Made by a program: the position numbers and the translations under genes
The notes under the pieces: generated by a model
What the model was told of the DNA's origin: nothing
Seen by the model: only the letters and a program-made list of their open reading frames with translations
The model's database searches: none
Shown: piece by piece, positions 21,293 through 34,400 of the stretch
Layout of the letters: each line of letters begins with the position of its first letter
Position numbering within the stretch: position 1 is the first letter of the stretch
NCBI GenBank assembly: GCA_002269645.1
Contig: NIVC01000061.1
Span: 1,116,001-1,180,000, forward strand
Source of the DNA: Macrostomum lignano
Lineage: Eukaryota
Reading direction: 5' to 3'
Length of the DNA: 64,000 bases

Positions 21293-24200
21293 TCACCGAT
21301 TCAGCAGCACCGACACCATCGGTTCGGAGCTGTCAGTGCAGGCCGACACCCGGTTAGGCGTGGGAGGCGGATTCTGATAGGCTGGCGGGGAGCGCATAGC
21401 AACCAAGCTAGAAGATGCCGAACTGCCGCCCCCGCCGGCGGACCTGTGCTGCCGATGGTGCTGGCGAGGCTGACGAGGAGGCTGAGGCTGAGGCTGCAGC
21501 TGGTGGTAGGGAGAATCGTAAGGCGGCGCGATCAGAGAGACTGGCACTCGGCGACCGGCGACGCCGCTAGCGGAGGCGGCCGGGGCGGCAGCGGCGGCGG
21601 CCCGCGACCGACTGCGCTGACGGCGTCTCCGTCTCCGACTGCCGCTATGCCTCTGGTGCTGCTGATGCACCAGCAGCTCCTGCTGCTGCTCGCCGCTGCC
21701 GCCGCTGCTGCCCCGCTGGCGCCGATGCCGAGATGCAAAATGATTATTATTGGAATAATAAAATGCCGCTGCTGCATCGCTGCCGCTCCGACTGGCGTCG
21801 TCGAAGTCGTGAAATCTGGCGGCGGCGGCCGCGGCGCCTGGCAGGCTGGAGCAGTCGGTGCACGGGCTCGGCGGCGGGTTCAGGGTTTCCACGTACTCGC
21901 ACAGCTGCTGCTGCTGCTGGCTGGACATCGAGTTGGACAACTTCGAACTGGACGCTGCTCGAGCGGCGGCGGCCGACGTAGCCACAGACGACAGGTCCTC
22001 CTTGCTTCGACAGCGCGGCAGCTGCTGTTGGTGGTCGAAATCGTCGTCAAAGTCCAGTTCGTCGTCGTCGTCGCCATCGCCTGCATCATCATCTTCGTCG
22101 TCCATCGTTTCGGGATCCTTGTCATCGCGCACAGAAGCGGCGGCTGCAGCCCGCGAGGCCCCGCCAGTGGCCGAGGCTGGCAGGGGGCGCATCTCGGCCA
22201 TCTCGGGCACGTGCAGCCGCAGGGCCGGCTTGTCCCGGGTGCAGCAGTAGCCCAGCAGCGGCAGCAGCACCACGACGCCAATCAGCAGCGGCACCAGCAG
22301 GTAGACGAACACGCCGTGGCCGCTCATCATGCCTGCGGAGGCATCGCCGGGATGGCCGATCGGCGGCTTCGACGAAGGCGCCAAGCCCGACGCTTCAGCG
22401 GCCTCCGCAGCAGCGGCCGCCTCAGCAACGCGAGATTCTGTGACGACAGACTCAGAGCACAAGGCCTCGCTCTGGTCCGAGGCGTCGGAGCACTGGGGCG
22501 CGCCGTCGCACCAGAGGGCCAGCGCCAGGCACTGAGGCCGGCCGGAAATTTGCTGGAGAAATGACAGGAATAAATTTATGATTTATGAATTTGTGTTTAG
22601 CCTGGGAACTGGGAATGGGGACTTCGATATGAGGGAATGAGGATTTGGATATGGGGAATGAGGATTTGGATATGGGGAATAAGGATTTGAATATGGGGAA
22701 TGAGGATTTGGATATGGGAATGAGGATTTGGATATGGGGAATGAGGATTTGGATATGGGAATGAGGATTTGGATATGGGAATGAGGATTTGGATATGGGA
22801 ATGAGGATTTGCATCTGGGGGATAGGCATCTGAGGGATAGGCATCTGGGGGATAGGCATCTGGGGGATAGGCATCTGGGGATAGGCATCTGGGGGATAGG
22901 CATCTGGGGGATAGGCATCTGAGGGATAGGCATCTGGGGATAGGCATCTGGGGGATAGGCATCTGGGGGATAGGCATCTGGGGATAGGCATCTGGGGGAT
23001 AGGCATCTGGGGGATAGGCATCTGGGGGACAGGCATCTAAGGCATAGGGATCTGCAAGTGTTTGTGGCGTACAGAGAATTGAAATGGCTACCTAAGGAAG
23101 ATTAGACTACTTCAATTGCTCCAAAGAGCCGCATTCGGAAGCCCTGGAAAAATCTCGCCGCCCTTCACTCACCGCCCGACAGGGCAGGGACTTGACGTCG
23201 CGAAGGCCGCGCGTCCGATCGCAGCAGGACTCGTCGGTGGTGTCGTGACAGTCCGGCCGGCCGTCGCACAGCGCAGACAGCGGGACGCACTGGCGCCGGC
23301 GCCGGCAGGTGAACTCGCGCGGGCTGCAAGTAAACGGCGCCGGGCTGCAGACGGTGGGTGGAGTATGCGAAAAGGAACCAGAGTCCTTGAGCTCGAATCC
23401 GCTGGGACAGGCGCAGGAAGGCAGAGTTAATGATGCAGCAGACAGGGACTGCGGCAGGCAAATGTGACTGCAGGACAGGCGGTGACAGCTGGCTGCGTAG
23501 CTTGACTGCAGCACAGACCTGCGCTGTGGGATGCTGGCAGCAACCTGGGCGGGCGGTGAGGCAGTTGATTTAATGCTCACGGATTATCGGGAGCGGAAAA
23601 AGGAGGGTTATCCGGGAGGTGACCAGGGGGGATTATCGGGGAAGTGACTAGGGGGAGGATTATCGGGGAAGTGACTAGGGGGAGAATTATCGGGGAAGTG
23701 ACTAGGGGGAGAATTATCGGGGAAGTTACTAGGGGGAGAATTATCGGGGAAGTGACCAATGGAGGATTATTGGGAAGTGACCAGGGGGGATTATCGGAGA
23801 AGTGACTAGGGGGAGGATTATCGGGGAAGTGACTAGGGGGAGGATTATCGGGGAAGTGACTAGGGGGAGAATTATCGGGGAAGTGACTTGGGGGAGGATT
23901 ATCGGGGAAGTGACTAGGGGGAGAATTATCGGGGAAGTGACCAATGAAGGATTATCGGGGAAATGACCAGGGGGAGAATTATCGGGGAAGTGACCAATGA
24001 AGGATTATCGGGGAAATGACCAGGGGGAGAATTATCGGGGAGGTGACCAGGGGGAGAATTATCGGGGAAGTGACTAGGAGGATTATCGGGGAAGTGACCA
24101 GGGGGAGGATTTTCGGGGAAGTGACTAGGGGAGGATTATCGGAGAAGTGACTAGGGGAGGATTATCGGGAAGTGACTAGGGGGAGGATTATCGGGGAAGT

Positions 24201-27200
24201 GACCAATGGAGGATTATTGGGAAGTGACCAGGGGGGATTATCGGGGTGGCAATTAGGTAATTGTTAGGCAAGGACTCACCATAGCGGTGACCACAGGCCT
24301 ATCAGCATCCAGGCCCAGGTCGCTAGGCAGAAGTATCGGAGGCAAAGCCCCCTTTTCCTTGCAGTTATAGACGCTAATCTGACGACTCGAGTTCAGGACG
24401 TAGGCCCGACCGTCGCCGAGGCTGAACGGAGTGACATTGCGGTACGGGCCTGCCAGCTGGACATTGGCGATTGGGCGAACAGCAGCGGGAAGCTGGGAGG
24501 CGTTGCTAGGCGTGATCGCTGCCGGTAGCTGCAGCTTCAGCAGGGCCCAGTTGTTCCGATTGCCGGAGACTGCGCCGAGGTTGCTGGTCCAATACAGGCC
24601 GGCCCCGGAGCCGCCTGCGGGATGCCAAGCAGTGGGAAAGTCAGTGACTGGCAATGATTGAACCGGTATAGAGATATAGAGAATATTTTCATTGGGCCCC
24701 TGCTGTGCTTGCCACACTCTGCGTGGAAAAGGAGAGGGGGAGAGCGGAGAGAGGAAGAGGACGAAGAGGGAGAGGGCGGAGAGGGAGGGGGTGGAGAGGG
24801 AGAGGCCAGAGAGGGAGGGCGGAGAGGGAGAGGCCAGAGAGGGAGAGGGCGGAAAGGGAGAGGGCGGAGAGGGAGAGGGCGGAGAGGGAGGGGGCGAAGA
24901 GGGAGGGCGGAGAGGGAGAGGCCAGAGAGGGAGAGGGCGAAGAGGGAGGGCGGAGAGGGAGAGGCCAGAGAGGGAGAGGGCGAAGAGGGAGGGCGGAGAG
25001 GGAGAGGCCAGAGAGGGAGAGGGCGAAGAGGGAGGGGGTGGAGAGAGGCGGAGAGGGGACAGTCAGAGGCGGCCCCCATTGGCCGGCAGCCAGTCATACC
25101 CGAATGAAATCTCAAACTGCTAGACGGCCCCATGAGCAGTTCTGATTCCATTGAATCGAGTCGAGTCTCCCCTGTGCCATCCAGTCGGCACCGGTGCAAC
25201 AGGTGGGCGCCCTCCTCTGTCCTGTCGGAGGAGTCCCGGTCCATCCAGTACAGATGGCCAGCCAAGGGGTCAATGGCGAGGCCCACGGGCCGGCAGGCCT
25301 CAAGGCTGCAGTTGCGAATCAGCCAGTGCAGAGCGGACGCTTCAACAGGCAGAGAGGCTGCAGATGAAGCTGATGACAGCCGCGGCTCCAACCGGTGAGC
25401 AACGATAGCGGTCTCCTCGGCCAGGTACAGCAACCGGTTCACCGGTTCCAGTGCCATGTCGAGAAACTGGCCGCGGATCAGAGTGCGCCAGACACCCGTG
25501 GCCGGGTTGTGCAGCAGCACGGGGCCACGACGGCGAAGGTACAGAAAGTACACCCCCGATGAGCTGGGGGAGTCCGCAGTGGCCGACGCCATTGAGTCGG
25601 TCAGCAGCAACTCGACACGGATGATGTCACTGGGCAGGCTGGGCCGCTGCGAGACGGTGAACTGTCTGAGCTGCGAGGGCGTTTCCTGGAGATTCGACGG
25701 GAGCGAATATTCGAATTGGGGGATGCTGGGGCGATTCTTAAAGGGCGATTCACAAAGGCGACTTTTGAGGGCGATTCTCAAGGGCGATTATTACATGGCG
25801 ATTCTCAAAGACGATTTTTGAGGGCGATTATTACATGGCGATTCTCAAAGACGATTTTTGAGGGCGATTATTACATGGCGATTCTCAAAGACGATTTTTA
25901 GGCCGATTATTACATGGCGATTCTCAAAGGCGGTTTTTGAGGGCGATTATTACATGGCGATTCTCAAAGGCGGTTTTTGAGGGCGATTATTACATGGCGA
26001 TTCTCAAAGGCGGTTTTTGAGGGCGATTCTCAAAGGCGGTTTTTGAGGGCGATTATTACATGGCGATTCTCAAAGGCGGTTTTTGAGGGCGATTATTACA
26101 TGGCGATTCTCAAAGGCGGTTTTTGAGGGCGATTATTACATGGCGATTCTCAAAGGCGGTTTTTGAGGGCGATTATTACATGGCGATTCTCAAAGGCGGT
26201 TTTTAGGCCGTTTATTACATGGCGATTCTCAAAGGCGGTTTTTGAGGGCGATTATTACATGGCGATTCTCAAAGGCGGTTTTTAGGCCGTTTATTACATG
26301 GCGATTCTCAAAGGCGGTTTTTGAGGGCGATTATTACATGGCGATTCTCAAAGGCGGTTTTTGAGGGCGATTATTACATGGCGATTCTCAAAGGCGGTTT
26401 TTAGGCCGTTTATTACATGGCGATTCTCAAAGGCGGTTTTTGAGGGCGATTATTACATGGCGATTCTCAAAGGCGGTTTTTGAGGGCGATTATTACATGG
26501 CGATTCTCAAAGGGGGTTTTTAGGCCGTTTATTACATGGCGATTCTCAAAGGCGGTTTTTGAGGGCGATTCTCAACGGCGGTTTTTGAGGGCGATTATCC
26601 AACGGCGATTCTCAACGGCGGTTTTTGAGGGCGATTATTACGAGCGTATATGGTGATTTTTCAGGCAATTTTTACTGACTATATAATGCTACCTATACTA
26701 TAGCAAGCGCACTCACCGAGCCCACCGGGTAGCCAATAGTGAGGCCCTTATCCGTGACCAGGTGCAGCCAGTCGCTAACCGGTTCGCACTGTTCAGTGAA
26801 GCCGCCGCTGTCGCCAGGCGCCCGCCTGTGCAGATCAGAGCAGGCGCAGGCGATCTCCAGCTGCCTGGTCAGCAGGCAGAAGTGCTGGCACCTGTTGCGC
26901 AAGCAGAAATTGCGAGTCTTAAGCGCATTGCCAGCATTGGGCGGCCTGGCCGAGTCCGTGTCGAACAGGATCAGACTGATCGGCCGGAATCCGCTGGGCA
27001 GCTCGACCGAGCCCGATCCGAACTCGTCCCGGTTAGCAACGAATTCTCCGGTGACGGGCGACACTCGAACCCGGTGAATTCGGCGGCTGTTCAAGGCTAC
27101 GAAATGCACAGTGGAGTTGTGATAGGCCACGCCAACGGGTTTCACGCTCAGCGGCAGGGTGCGCAACTCCTGACCTTCGTACGTTACCGACTTGACCGAC

Positions 27201-28360
27201 TTATCGTCTGAGAAGTACAGCCGCCTCGAGGCCTGGTCTAGGGCCAGGTGTCTGTGGTTGGGGTGGGGCAATCAGTCAGTTGGTGGTCAGACCTTTAGTC
27301 AGCTGGTGTCAGACATTTAGTCAGTTGGTGGTCAGACCTTTAGTCAGCTGGTGTCAGACATTTAGTCAGTTGGTGGTCAGACCTTTAGTCAGCTGGTGTC
27401 AGACATTTAGTCAGTTGGTGTCAGACATTTAGTCAGTTGGTGTCAGACATTTAGTCAGTTGGTGTCAGACATTTAGTCAGTTGGAACCAGACAATCAGTT
27501 AGTGGGTGTCAGACAATAAGTCAGTGGGTGTCAGACAATCAGTCAGTGGGTGTCAGACAATCAGTCAGTGGGTGTCAGACAATCAGTCAGTGGGTGTCAG
27601 ACAATCAGTCAGTGGGTGTCAGACAATCAGTCAGGAGGTGTCAGACAATCAGTCAGTGGGTGTCAGACAATCAGTCAGTGGGTGTCAGACAATCAGTCAG
27701 TGGGTGTCAGACAATCAGTCAGTGGGTGTCAGACAATCAGTCAGTGGGTGTCAGACAATCAGTCAGTGGGTGTCAGACAATCAGTCAGTGGGTGTCAGAC
27801 AATCAGTCAGTGGGTGTCAGACAATCAGTCAGTGGGTGTCAGACAATCAGTCAGTGGGTGTCAGACAATCAGTCAGTGGGTGTCAGACAATCAGTCAGTG
27901 GCAGAAGCAGCAGTAAGCAAAGCGGTCTGACCTGGGGTCGCCCAGGCCGGTGAGCACGGTGCCGGTCTCAATCTCAACATCCATCGGAGCGGCAATGGAG
28001 ACAAAGCCCAACCAGTCGATCCGCCCCTGATCCTTATATTTAATATCGATCCAGAACAGTCTGAACACGTTAGAATCGAACACAAGGCCGCGAGCGCCGG
28101 ACAGTCTGTCCGAGACTAGCAGTGTCCGAGTGAGGCTTGGCCGGTCAAGCGACACGGCGCACAGCCGCGGCCAAGGCCACTTGTCAATGTAGAACAGCAG
28201 GTTGGTTGCCCAGTCTACGGCCAGGCCCAGCGGTTGCGTCACAGCCGGCACGACAACCTGCAGGATTAGGGAAAGTGCACCGAGTGCAGATTGAACCCCC
28301 TCGTGTTTCAAGACCGAATGTCGCGAGTCCAGACAGACAGACACAGACAGACAGACAGAA

Positions 28361-28403
<43 letters not shown>

Positions 28404-28410
28404 AAGACAG

Positions 28411-28492
<82 letters not shown>

Positions 28493-31400
28493 CGGCAGAC
28501 ACACAGACACATATAAACATTTCGCACCCTGGCGCTACGGCCGGCCGCAGTGTCGGCGCCGGTGCCCCGGTCCAAGCCGGCGCAGGCGATGTGGCGGCCA
28601 ACATCGGCCCAGCAGATGCGGCCCCGGCTGGGATCGGCGGCTACAAATTCCACAAATTTGAGATCGTTGGACAGGTGCAGCGACTCGTAGTCGGGCGAAG
28701 ATGCCGAACCGGCGGCGAGGTTCAGCGGCGCCATGCCGATGTCCCTGGCGCTGGCGAGCACCAAGAAGGTGCTCAGAGCCTGGCACCGGCTGTGCCCGTC
28801 CTCCGGCGCCGGCGCGGACTCGCCGCCGGTCGAACTGGAGACGGTGCCGGCGAAGCGGAACCGGGAGGCGCAGCGACAGATCCGACGATTGGCGACTGGC
28901 AAGTGGGTGAGGTCCGGCCTGGGGATGCACAGCTGCTCGCAGCCGGCGTTGTCGGGCCGGCGGCACGGGTTGCTGCAGGTGGGCGAATCCGAAATTATAG
29001 TGCCGCTGGCACTTTAGGGGAGCCCATTTTTGTGAGGCCGATTTCTGGGGAGAAGGCCAGTTTTTAGGGGTGAAGGGCGGTCCGTGGGTGAAGGGCGGTC
29101 TGTGGGGTGAAGGGCGGTTGGTGGGGTGAAGGGCGGTTGGTGGGGTGAAGGGCGGTCTGTGGGTGAAGGGCGGTCCGTGGGTGAAGGGCGGTCCGTGGGT
29201 GAAGGGCGGTTGGTGGGGTGAAGGGCGGTTGGTGGGGTGAAGGGCGGTTGGTGGGGTGAAGGGCGGTCTGTGGGGTGAAGGGCGGTCTGTGGGTGAAGGG
29301 CGGTTGGTGAGGTGAAGGGCGATTCGTGGGGTGAAAACGTATCTGTTACACGGTAACGCCAGTCACTGAGCTTGCAGGGAGAATCGCGCACTGCCGCACG
29401 ACAGTCAGGCGCTACACTGCACCTATTTGAAGGCCACACAGCTAATCAAGTCACCTGTCAATCTCAGCCGCGAACTCGGTTGCTAACTGGCTGCTGCTGG
29501 CCGCCAGCGACAGCGGGATGCGCAGCGAGATCGGCACCACCCGCGTGTTGCTTCCATTGCGGTCCACAATGCCCAGGCTCATGTCGCCAGAGGTGGACAG
29601 CCAGTACAGGTGACCGCGGAATGCCGCGTACACCTTGGCTGGCGAGCGAACGGCTGCCACCGCCCGGCTCAGCGAGATGTTGGCGGAGACCGCGCCGCCG
29701 CTTGAGAATTGGAACACGCCCAGCCTGCCCGGGGGAGACGCCTGGGGGACGGCGGGTGGTGTGTGGGGCGCATGGATTCACTGAGAGACAGACAGACAGA
29801 CAGACAGACAGATAGACAGACGGACAGACACTAAGACAGACGGACAGACACTAAGACAGACACTAAGACACTAAGACAGACGGACAGACACTAAGACAGA
29901 CGGACAGACACTAAGACAGATAGACAAGACACTAAGACACGCACACACAGACAGACAGACAGTCAGACAGACATTAAGACAGACAGACAGGCAGACAGGC
30001 AGACAGACACACACACACACACACACAGACGCAGCAGATCTCACCAGGTAATAAATATCGCCGGTGGCCTCATCAAAGGCCAGCTGGCAGAAGTGGCTGG
30101 AGGTGAGGTTCAGCAGCACCAGCCGCTGAGACACGCCGTCCAGACGGCTGCGCACCAGGCGACCGTCAGCGCAGTAGAACAGGTAGCCGCTGCGGGTGGA
30201 CACGGGGGGAAGGAATTCAAATTCCTGTGCCAACAATGACCCGGCGATCTGGACAAGATTTGCTTGCAGAATGAATGGTCGCGCGAATTTAGACTGAGGC
30301 TTGTCGTGCCATTCCTTGAGGCTTATGTACAGACAGTGCAATAACTTTCAACACAAAGTACTCACCGAATTGGGTCGACTTTAACAGCCGTGATCTTGTC
30401 GAACGTGCTCAGGACGTACTGGTGCCTGCCGTCCAGTTTAGATATGATCAGCTTCCTCGCTGTCACCCAGTACAGATTACCGCTAGACCAGTCCACAGCC
30501 AGGTCCTGCGGCACTTCATCTGCGTTCTCCAGAATCTTTTCAATCGTGCCCGGCTGGTTCCGAGTCAAATCCAGCCGCCGAATGGTCTCGGTGACTGACC
30601 GGGCCACCCGCTCGTGCAGGTAGTCGATCCAGTAGATCACATTGGCCAGCGGGTCCATTGCCAGGCACTTGACTATGTACTTGGGCATGCCGAACAGCTG
30701 AACTGGGTGATAGTCCTGGGTATCCAGCGACATTTTCAACACTGACGAACTTGTGCCCATGTCCAGCGATATTAGCAGGTAGTCTGTGTAAGCTGTGGGA
30801 TTCAATTTGGGGATCGAAATGCAGATCCGAGTGTAGGAAGTCCGGGATCTCATGGGGATCAGCTTCCCAGAATCCAGGATCTCATGGGGATCAGCTTCCC
30901 AGAATCCGGGATCTCATGGGGATCAGCTTCCCAGAATCCGGAATCTCATGGGGATCAGCTTCCCAGAATCCAGGATCTTATGAGGATCAGCTTCCCAGAA
31001 TCCGGGATCTCATGGGGATCAGCTTCCCAGAATCCGGGATCTCATGGGGATCAGCTTCCCAGAATCCGGGATCTCATGGAGATCAGCTTCCCAGAATCCG
31101 GGATCTCATGGGGATCAGCTTCCCAGAATCCGGGATCTCATGGAGATCAGCTTCCCAGAATCCAGGATCTCATGGGGATCAGCTTCCCAGAATCCGGAAT
31201 CTCATGGGGATCAGCTTCCCAGAATACGGGATCTCATGGGGATCAGCTTCCCAGAATCCGGGATCTCATGGGGATCAGCTTCCCAGAATCCGGGATCTCA
31301 TGGGGATCAGCTTCCCAGAATCCGGGATCTCATGGGAATCAGCTTCCCAGAATCCGGGATCTCATGGGGATCAGCTTCCCAGAATCCGGGATCTCATGGG

Positions 31401-34400
31401 GATCAGCTTCCCAGAATCCGGGATCTCATGGGGATCAGTTTCCCTGATTTCGGGACGGCATTAGAACTTTTTAGGCTTAATAAACGTACTACTTAAGCAA
31501 CCGTGAGTTGCATTCTTGGGATCTGGCAATAATCCGAACCGGCAAAGGCAGGTGTAGCGCTGATCCGCAATAGTTGAAGAGTACCGAAAGCACAGGTGGG
31601 CGCAAGGCTTCCGGACTGAGCACACGTCTGTGAAGGCTGCAATTGTAAGTTCCGTAGCAACAGGGTCAAGCTGTGGAAACACTGACTTCAAACACACTAA
31701 AAGCAACCCTTACCCACCGATGCATCAGGGGTCCGCTATCCCTACCCACCGATACTTCAGGGATCCGCTACCCCTACTCACCGATACATCAGGGATCCGC
31801 TACCCCTACCCACCGATACTTCAGGGATCCGCTACCCCTACTCACCGATACATCAGGGATCCGCTACCCCTACTCACCGATACATCAGGGATCCGCTACC
31901 CCTACCCACCGATACTTCAGGGATCCGCTACCCCTACTTACCGATACATCAGGGATCCGCTACCCCTACTCACCGATACTTCAGGGATCCGCTACCCCTA
32001 CTCACCGATACTTCAGGGATCCGCTACCCCTACCCACCGATACTTCAGGGATCCGCTACCCCTACTCACCGATACTTCAGGGATCCGCTACCCCTACTCA
32101 CCGATACTTCAGGGATCCGCTACCCCTACCCACCGATACTTCAGGGATCCGCTACCCCTACTCACCGATACTTCAGGGATCCGCTACCCCTACCCACCGA
32201 TACTTCAGGGATCCGCTACCCCTACCCACCGATACTTCAGGGATCCGCTACCCTTACCCACCGATACTTCAGGGGTCCGCTACCCCTACCCACCTAGCGG
32301 ACCATATTTATACTTCAGGGGTCCGCTACCCCAAAACAACCTCAGGCCATCAGACAACACTAAACAGCACAGCAGAAATGCGAACGCACCAGCAGGCCAG
32401 GCCCTGTAGTCGCTCTTAGACAGCAAAACCAGGTGGAACAGGATCTCCCCAGCTCTGCTATTGGATCGGGTCAGAGCGGTGCGGCAGGCGGCAGTTGTCG
32501 CAGAGCCCGAACCGGCGCCCAGCTCGCAGGCGACAATCTCGAGGCCGCGCATCCAGTAGAGCCGCCCGCCCTGGTAGGCCAGCGTGTTGCTAGGCCTGTC
32601 GATTTTGGCAATGTCCAACACGGCAAATGGCGACGGTGGCGCCTGAGCGGAAGGTGACGCCGAGGCGGCGAAGGTTGGCAACAGAGTCGAATAAGAGAAG
32701 CCGCGAACTTGCACCGGAGTGTCGCCGCTGTTGGACTCCATCCAGTAGATTATCTGAGAGATTTTTAAATGGAAATTTATTTCAATTTTAAACTACTTAG
32801 TAAGTAAGTAGTATTACAGCATGTGCTTACTTAGTTTTGATAAAGAAACAGAAAACGTAAGACACAAGTTCCTGAGTAAAGTAAAAATCCCATTCTCACG
32901 CTATACATATCGGTAGAATGTGAATGGCAGCCAGTGCCGTGAAAAATCGCGATTCCGAATCCAAAATTGTTTACGACACCTCACTACCCCTATATACTTG
33001 CTAGTAGATAATGTTAATTACGATACATATCGGTAGCCGCTCAATCCTATGCATTATAGCTTAGAAACATTATTTTACGAGTTGACGATGGCTACCAGCT
33101 CTTTGAAAGAAACTTTGATGAATTTTCCACTTCTATCAATTTTTCATTTCTAACAATTAAACAGTACTAAAAAATAATCATCAACACAACAATGACAACA
33201 TATCGGTAATGCTTTGAAAAACGCACCGCATTCTCTGCATCGACAGTCACGGCTACAATACTGTTAGCCTCGCTAATGTGGGAGACATTGTACACCTCCT
33301 GGCCGTCAAGCCGGTGAATGTGCAGCTGCTTGACGCCCAGAGCGGCGCTGTGGGTTTGCACATCCACAAAGAAGATCAGGCAGGCGTGAAGGCTGTCCAC
33401 CGCCAGCGTGTGGCTGAGTATGGTGTGAGTAGCCGGCATGCGGAACAGGGTTCGCCTGTCAGTGCCGTTGTAATTGTCTACGTTCAGAGTGGACACCTGC
33501 CCGGCCCTCAGGTCCGTGCTGGTCACCCAGTACACCTTGCGGCCGATGTCGTCCACCGCTAGGGCCTGGCGGGTGGCGAAAGTCAGGGGACACGGCTAAG
33601 AGTCAGACACTTTGATTTAAAAAAACATACACTTTGATTTGAGAGTCAGAAGACTCTATTTACTGAGAGTCAGACACTATTCACTGAGTCAGGCACTATT
33701 CACTTAGAGTCAGACACTATTCACTGAGTCAGGCACTATTCACTGAGAGTCAGACACTTTGATTTGAGAGTCAGAAGACTCTATTTACTGAGAGTCAGAC
33801 ACTATTCACTGAGAGTCAGGCACTATTCACTGAGAGTCAGACACTATTCACTGAGAGTCAGGCACTATTCACTGAGTCAGGCACTATTCACTTAGAGTCA
33901 GACACTATTCACTGAGAGTCAGACACTTTGATTTGAGAGTCAGAAGACTCTATTTACTGAGAGTCAGACACTATTCACTGAGTCAGGCACTATTCACTTA
34001 GAGTCAGACACTATTCACTGAGTCAGGCACTATTCACTGAGAGTCAGACACTTTGATTTGAGAGTCAGAAGACTCTATTTACTGAGAGTCAGACACTATT
34101 CACTGAGTCAGGCACTATTCACTTAGAGTCAGACACTATTCACTGAGTCAGGCACTATTCACTGAGAGTCAGACACTTTGATTTGAGAGTCAGAAGACTC
34201 TATTTACTGAGAGTCAGACACTATTCACTGAGAGTCAGGCACTATTCACTGAGAGTCAGACACTATTCACTGAGAGTCAGGCACTATTCACTGAGAGTCA
34301 GACACTATTCACTGAGAGTCAGGCACTATTCACTGAGAGTCAGGCACTATTCACTGAGAGTCAGGCACTATTCACTGAGAGTCAGGCACTATTCACTGAG

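Noticed and set aside
21233-22564. 443-aa plus-strand ORF
   Set aside because: Antisense shadow of the GC-rich LRP5/6 last exon.
27895-28902. 335-aa ORF as a standalone gene, likewise 24537-25781 and 47732-48994
   Set aside because: Real exons read through into microsatellite or minisatellite introns; explained by the spliced models.
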